Origin: Candidatus Dojkabacteria bacterium
Lineage (GTDB): Bacteria; Patescibacteriota; Dojkabacteria; B142; OLB20
Assembly: GCA_035444565.1 (NCBI GenBank)
Contig: DAOMOX010000001.1
Span: forward strand, 1 to 57,986
Direction: 5' to 3'
DNA: 57,986 nucleotides
Shown here: one piece after another, positions 53,866 to 57,986 of the stretch
Layout of the letters: each line of letters begins with the position of its first letter
Position numbering within the stretch: position 1 is the stretch's first letter
Made by a program: the position numbers and the translations under genes
The notes under the pieces: generated by a model
Database searches by the model: none
The model's input: only the letters and a program-made list of their open reading frames with translations
Told to the model about the DNA's origin: nothing

Positions 53866-55455
53866 TTAGAAGGTGGAGAACTCGAATAATCGATCCAGGA
53901 TTTGTTTATACTCTTCTGTGTCTTCTGAAACTTTTCTAGGTTGCCACCAGACACAACCTTCGCTTTCTGGATTGCTTTGAAGTTGCTCCAGAGTTATTTT
54001 TCCATCGAGATATTCCTTCGTGAGGTCGTTCTTCGTCTGATGATAACCACATGTTTGAAGAGGAATTATCTCGATATTTCCGAGCTGTCCATTGTAGTAA
54101 TTAAGATTAGCTACTACAGACTGCCTGGTTGGTAAAGTATGAGTTTGATCAAAGATAAAATTACCCAATGCATAAAAAATCGGCTTACCCTTGTAAAACT
54201 CAATATTTTGCACCCAGTGAGGATGGCTTGCAACAACTAAGTCGGCTCCGTTGTCGATAAGAGCATGTGCCAGATCAACTTGGTGTGAATTTGCATTGTT
54301 GGTGTATTCAATCCCCCAACTTTCATAAATTATTAAATAATCGATGTTATTTTCCTCTTTTATCGTCTTTATCATCTCAACTTTCTCCATATTTATGTTT
54401 AAAACCCCATTTGATGCTGTAGAAAATGTATTTACTCCATATACAGATTTATCACTAGACCAATAAAAATATGAAACGTCGTCAGCGCTAACCATACCAA
54501 TAACTCTGCCGTTTATATCAAATAATGCAGGTTTCATCTGCTCGTCCACTCCTTTCCCAACACCTGTATATTTAATACCTGCATCAGTTAATGCTTTTAT
54601 TGTGGGTTCATAAGCTTTTTGACCACCGTCACCTGCATGATTTCCACTAAAAGCGAGAATATCGAATCCAACTTCAGCAAAACCTTGTGCATTTTTCTCA
54701 TCTCCTACGAAAACAGTGCATCCAGTGCAAGGAGTGGGATCTCCCATTAGTGGATTTTCGAGTTGAGCTATGGCAAGGTCTGCATTTTCGATTTCTTGTC
54801 GGACAAAGTCGTACAAATATGCATAGTCATTGTGAACATTTAAACCTAGGCGATCTACTGCCCTGGCTGGGATAATCTCCCCACCAGCGAATATCGTAGA
54901 CAATCTTTCTTTTGAGAAATTTATTTCAGAACCAGTTTCACCAGGTAATTTTTCGGTAAAAGTTAGAGGGTATTTCTCCAAATCAATATTTTTATCCCAA
55001 AGATTAAAACCATCAACTGATAGTGTCTTGAAATTGGGAGTAATTTGATTGATTTGTAGTATCGCAATCTTTCCAGAATTCAATTCCGCCGAGAGTGTTT
55101 CAACACCAACTACATCTGCCTGATAACCATCCAAGAAAATATCTACATTTTCCGAAATTGTTACTAATTGCGATGATTTTAGTTCATCTAAAGTGATATT
55201 TGTGCGTGAGTCTGTGAACTTAACAACAGGTGCAAAGAAATGCTTGACGGTTTTTATAGGAATTTCTGTCGGATTAGGCCTGACAATGTTTAAATCCAGA
55301 TTATTTATCCCCGAAAAAACTGTATATTGTTTATTTACAATATAGACAACGGGAAAAATGAGAATTATAAGAAAAAGAGTTACTAATATTAGTCTTTTTT
55401 TCTTCAATTTCGCTTTATGTCTGTTGAATTTAATTTCGTGGAAAGTTTGTGACAT
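53866..55455 (-). CDS. CapA/PGA_cap-family metallophosphatase-fold protein with an N-terminal anchor
   Basis: N-terminal TM. FAGGEIIPARAV, FSGNHAGDGG, ASHPHWVQ motifs of the CapA family. Confidence 0.8.
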   Translation of the reverse strand: MSQTFHEIKFNRHKAKLKKKRLILVTLFLIILIFPVVYIVNKQYTVFSGINNLDLNIVRPNPTEIPIKTVKHFFAPVVKFTDSRTNITLDELKSSQLVTISENVDIFLDGYQADVVGVETLSAELNSGKIAILQINQITPNFKTLSVDGFNLWDKNIDLEKYPLTFTEKLPGETGSEINFSKERLSTIFAGGEIIPARAVDRLGLNVHNDYAYLYDFVRQEIENADLAIAQLENPLMGDPTPCTGCTVFVGDEKNAQGFAEVGFDILAFSGNHAGDGGQKAYEPTIKALTDAGIKYTGVGKGVDEQMKPALFDINGRVIGMVSADDVSYFYWSSDKSVYGVNTFSTASNGVLNINMEKVEMIKTIKEENNIDYLIIYESWGIEYTNNANSHQVDLAHALIDNGADLVVASHPHWVQNIEFYKGKPIFYALGNFIFDQTHTLPTRQSVVANLNYYNGQLGNIEIIPLQTCGYHQTKNDLTKEYLDGKITLEQLQSNPESEGCVWWQPRKVSEDTEEYKQILDRLFEFSTF

Positions 55456-55498
55456 GTTGTCTAATTGTAAGGCAATTTTATAGAAACAACAATAAACA

Positions 55499-56587
55499 CT
55501 ACAATTCGGGATCTACATATATAGGAACAATTCTGAAGTTCTCAGCACCGTTCTCCAAGAACCTGTTTTGAATTTGTTCTATCAAATCCAGGATTTCCAT
55601 ATTATCGACAATTACATAGTAATTATGTTCAAGACCTCTACTTTCAGAATGATGTCCTTCCATGATCTTATGTATTAAATTTAACACTACTTCAACATTA
55701 TCTGGATTTACATCAGCGAAAAAGGGATCCATACCGTCAATTTGGAATCTCTGATTAATAATCTTTCGATTAGCAGTTAAAATTATAACTGCATCTTTCG
55801 CCTTATGTTCGTGTGGCTGCTTATCCAGCATATCAGGAAGTACCTGAACATTTGGAGGAGAAGCAAGTCCAGCAGCTTTTAATTCTTCATAGTTCCTTTG
55901 ATACACATCTAGTATTCTTTCACGCAATTTTAATGCCTTTCCATAGGTAAATGCATGAACAAGGAAGTCCTCCTGATCTTTATAATCAGAGAAGTCGTCT
56001 ATCGTTTTGTACTCTGTATTCTGCAAGCTTTTCAATCTTTCGCTCAGGAAACTCTCGGCAATTTCAGGTAAGTATTCTACAAAATCCAGACTAAAATGTA
56101 CTGAGTACATATTCCTAAAAGACTCGTCTCTGAATGCAATCCCGATTGCATTTGACACCCTCGCTAAGCCAGCACCTGCTTGTTCATCTAGTGGTTCGTT
56201 ATCATTTAACAGAATATCATCCATAACCAATGTCCCCCAACCACATAGTTTATGAGCCAGAATATTTATATCACCATTACTAATCTTTAATAGATTTAAT
56301 ATGTCTTCATCTGATAAAAATTCTAAGCCAGCACCTGGTACATTGATAAGGGCGTATTTGTTTTCCTCAGTATTCAATTCATTACCTAATGATGCTCTCT
56401 CGTCTACACAAAGAACAACAAGAGGGTAATTATCACCTTCTTTATCAACTCTTTCAGACGAATTTAGAAATGAATCCTTTACATTCTCAGCAACGATTAT
56501 CTCTGAATTTCTTTCACTATATAATTGCCAACCCGTGAATGATCTTTCATTTTGACTTTCAACTGGATTATTCAAATTTTCTGACAT
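55499..56587 (-). CDS. Hypothetical protein with an N-terminal beta-carbonic-anhydrase-like metal-site signature
   Basis: LCVDER (Cys60-x-Asp-x-Arg), INVPGAG, and AHKLCG (His112-x-x-Cys115-Gly). About 230 further residues have no recognisable family. Confidence 0.55.
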   Translation of the reverse strand: MSENLNNPVESQNERSFTGWQLYSERNSEIIVAENVKDSFLNSSERVDKEGDNYPLVVLCVDERASLGNELNTEENKYALINVPGAGLEFLSDEDILNLLKISNGDINILAHKLCGWGTLVMDDILLNDNEPLDEQAGAGLARVSNAIGIAFRDESFRNMYSVHFSLDFVEYLPEIAESFLSERLKSLQNTEYKTIDDFSDYKDQEDFLVHAFTYGKALKLRERILDVYQRNYEELKAAGLASPPNVQVLPDMLDKQPHEHKAKDAVIILTANRKIINQRFQIDGMDPFFADVNPDNVEVVLNLIHKIMEGHHSESRGLEHNYYVIVDNMEILDLIEQIQNRFLENGAENFRIVPIYVDPEL

Positions 56588-56791
56588 TTCGAAAATCTAA
56601 ATTGGTTATATAAAATTAAAAATTCATCCACATATTCAAGAAAAAAGGTATCAAACACACCTTCTAATGATTCCTAAAAGACATAGGATGAAAGCATAAC
56701 CATTATACCACGAAAAGCGTTATCTTACGGGTATTTCCGGAGAATAATTAAGTCGATATTAAATGTATAAAATAAGAGTTTATACACTTTA

Positions 56792-57211
56792 TTAAACCAA
56801 CAACTCTTTCACCCCACCATCAAAATCAATGTGGTAAAACCTGAACATAAGTTTTGGATATTTTTCTAGTAGTTTTTTCTTTAATTGTTCTAACATTTCA
56901 GAATGTTTCTCTCTGTCTTCATCTCTCTCTAAACCTCCTGGAATTGTGCCATCCTGCGCATAGCCACCGCAATCCTGGTGATCTACAAATACAATCAAAT
57001 CAGGCTCGTGTAATTTTATTGACAACTCTAATTGTAACCAAGCGTAATCACCATGTTCGGCTTTCATAGGTTTTATGAAATCTCTGCTACTACCTGCAAT
57101 ACTTACGAGGTCATAACTATCTGCCCACGATTCAGATTTAAGGAAATTGTCAGTTGCACCTCTAAATCTAAAATCAATACAACTAATCACACATGCTTTT
57201 GCTTTATGCAT
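56792..57211 (-). CDS. Short beta-carbonic-anhydrase-like protein (139 aa)
   Basis: SCIDFR (Cys11-x-Asp-x-Arg), SIAGSS, and DHQDCGG (His78-x-x-Cys81-Gly). Confidence 0.55.
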   Translation of the reverse strand: MHKAKACVISCIDFRFRGATDNFLKSESWADSYDLVSIAGSSRDFIKPMKAEHGDYAWLQLELSIKLHEPDLIVFVDHQDCGGYAQDGTIPGGLERDEDREKHSEMLEQLKKKLLEKYPKLMFRFYHIDFDGGVKELLV

Positions 57212-57238
57212 TATAAAATATTTAACAAATATTGATAT

Positions 57239-57433
57239 TTAGTCGTCAGATCCAGAATCTGAGTCTGAATCGTTATCAGAGTCATTATCATCATCATTGT
57301 GGTCATCGTCTTCAACTACGATTTCTTCATCAACTCCCATGACATCTGTTCTATCTTCCGCATTTGTATATGTTCCTGCTTTTCCACCTACTTTAAGTAT
57401 GCCTAGTTTGACTAATAAATCTTTGAATCCCAT
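57239..57433 (-). CDS. Small protein with an amphipathic N-terminus and a poly-Asp/Asn/Ser tail
   Basis: MGFKDLLVKLGILKVGGK..., then EDDDHNDDDNDSDNDSDSDSGSDD. Confidence 0.5.
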   Translation of the reverse strand: MGFKDLLVKLGILKVGGKAGTYTNAEDRTDVMGVDEEIVVEDDDHNDDDNDSDNDSDSDSGSDD

Positions 57434-57552
57434 TTAGGAAAAAATAATAAGTAATCTGGTGTATTTTAGCACCAACAGAATGAACATACTACACCAAAGT
57501 GAAGTTAATAATAAAACTCCCTAAGCTATATTGCGAACACCTATATATCCTA

Positions 57553-57981
57553 CTAGTATGCTCCGCTTGATGGCACAGATGTTGTATCTGTAGGCGCTGT
57601 AGTGGGCATAGGTGGACTTACAGGTTGATTCATAGGACCATCAGGCATTGTTGGTTCAATAGAAGCGGGAGTTGATACGCTCATATTGTCCATCATACCT
57701 GGTGTCTCTACTGGAGTTGTGTTACCTGAGAACTGATCCATGCTAGGAGTATCCATTGTTGGAGAAGTGTATGTCATCGGAGGTGTTGATGTATCCATCG
57801 CACCAACCGTAGGAACAGAACCCTGAACCATTGAATCATTCATCTGCTGAGTTGGAGCTGACATTGTAGTAGTGGAAGAAAGATCCGGCATTGATGTTGA
57901 TGGCTCTGGTGTCACAGGTGTGTATTGACTAGGCATTGTTGGAAGTGAGCTATCTGTATTTGTAGTTGACACATCATTCAT
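57553..57981 (-). CDS. Pro/Thr/Ser/Met-rich low-complexity protein (possibly N-terminally incomplete at the window edge)
   Basis: 142-aa ORF. Its composition is strikingly different (more G+C by eye). The reading frame stays open to the window end. Confidence 0.45.
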   Translation of the reverse strand: MNDVSTTNTDSSLPTMPSQYTPVTPEPSTSMPDLSSTTTMSAPTQQMNDSMVQGSVPTVGAMDTSTPPMTYTSPTMDTPSMDQFSGNTTPVETPGMMDNMSVSTPASIEPTMPDGPMNQPVSPPMPTTAPTDTTSVPSSGAY

Positions 57982-57986
57982 TGGTG

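Overview
AT-rich (about one-third G+C by eye), gene-dense bacterial window with about 60 credible protein genes and 3 tRNA genes. Bacterial housekeeping genes are present: rplS, rnhB, yraN, recJ, recX, a GreA-like and a CarD-like factor, gatCAB, glyA, folD and sppA. Beside them sit a complete 9-gene A/V-type ATPase operon in the Enterococcus ntp gene order, a Znu/Tro-type metal ABC importer, thiol-disulfide membrane proteins (CcdA, DsbB/BdbC), a divergent C5-methyltransferase/putative endonuclease pair, and many small orphan membrane or acidic proteins. The content looks like a reduced-genome, possibly Patescibacteria/CPR-like bacterium, but that is inference only. The standard genetic code fits, and TGA is used as a stop codon. 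The main signal that ordinary annotation does not explain is non-coding. All three tRNA genes (Pro-UGG 104-177, Asn-GUU 31962-32033, Lys-UUU 38338-38409) sit in clusters of GC-rich hairpin modules and broken tRNA-like copies. Hairpins are inserted exactly in the D-loop or replace the T-arm of these copies. The 8-9 nt 3' acceptor strand of the local tRNA is repeated 4-5 times and brackets 60-75-nt hairpin cassettes, like target-site duplications. At tRNA-Pro a small GIY-YIG nuclease ORF ends inside a broken tRNA copy. Related hairpin elements occur at 4.2 kb (perfect 9-bp flanking repeat) and 46.4 kb (perfect 30-bp inverted repeat). I read this as a tRNA-targeting hairpin/mini-element system, possibly linked to the GIY-YIG nuclease, and it is the best candidate for something undescribed. 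Secondary candidates are a tRNA-adjacent block of nucleotide-catabolising enzymes (1.4-4.2 kb) and two tandem, highly divergent beta-carbonic-anhydrase-like proteins (55.5-57.2 kb) upstream of CapA and the metal importer. No CRISPR array, rRNA, transposase, integrase or reverse transcriptase was seen.
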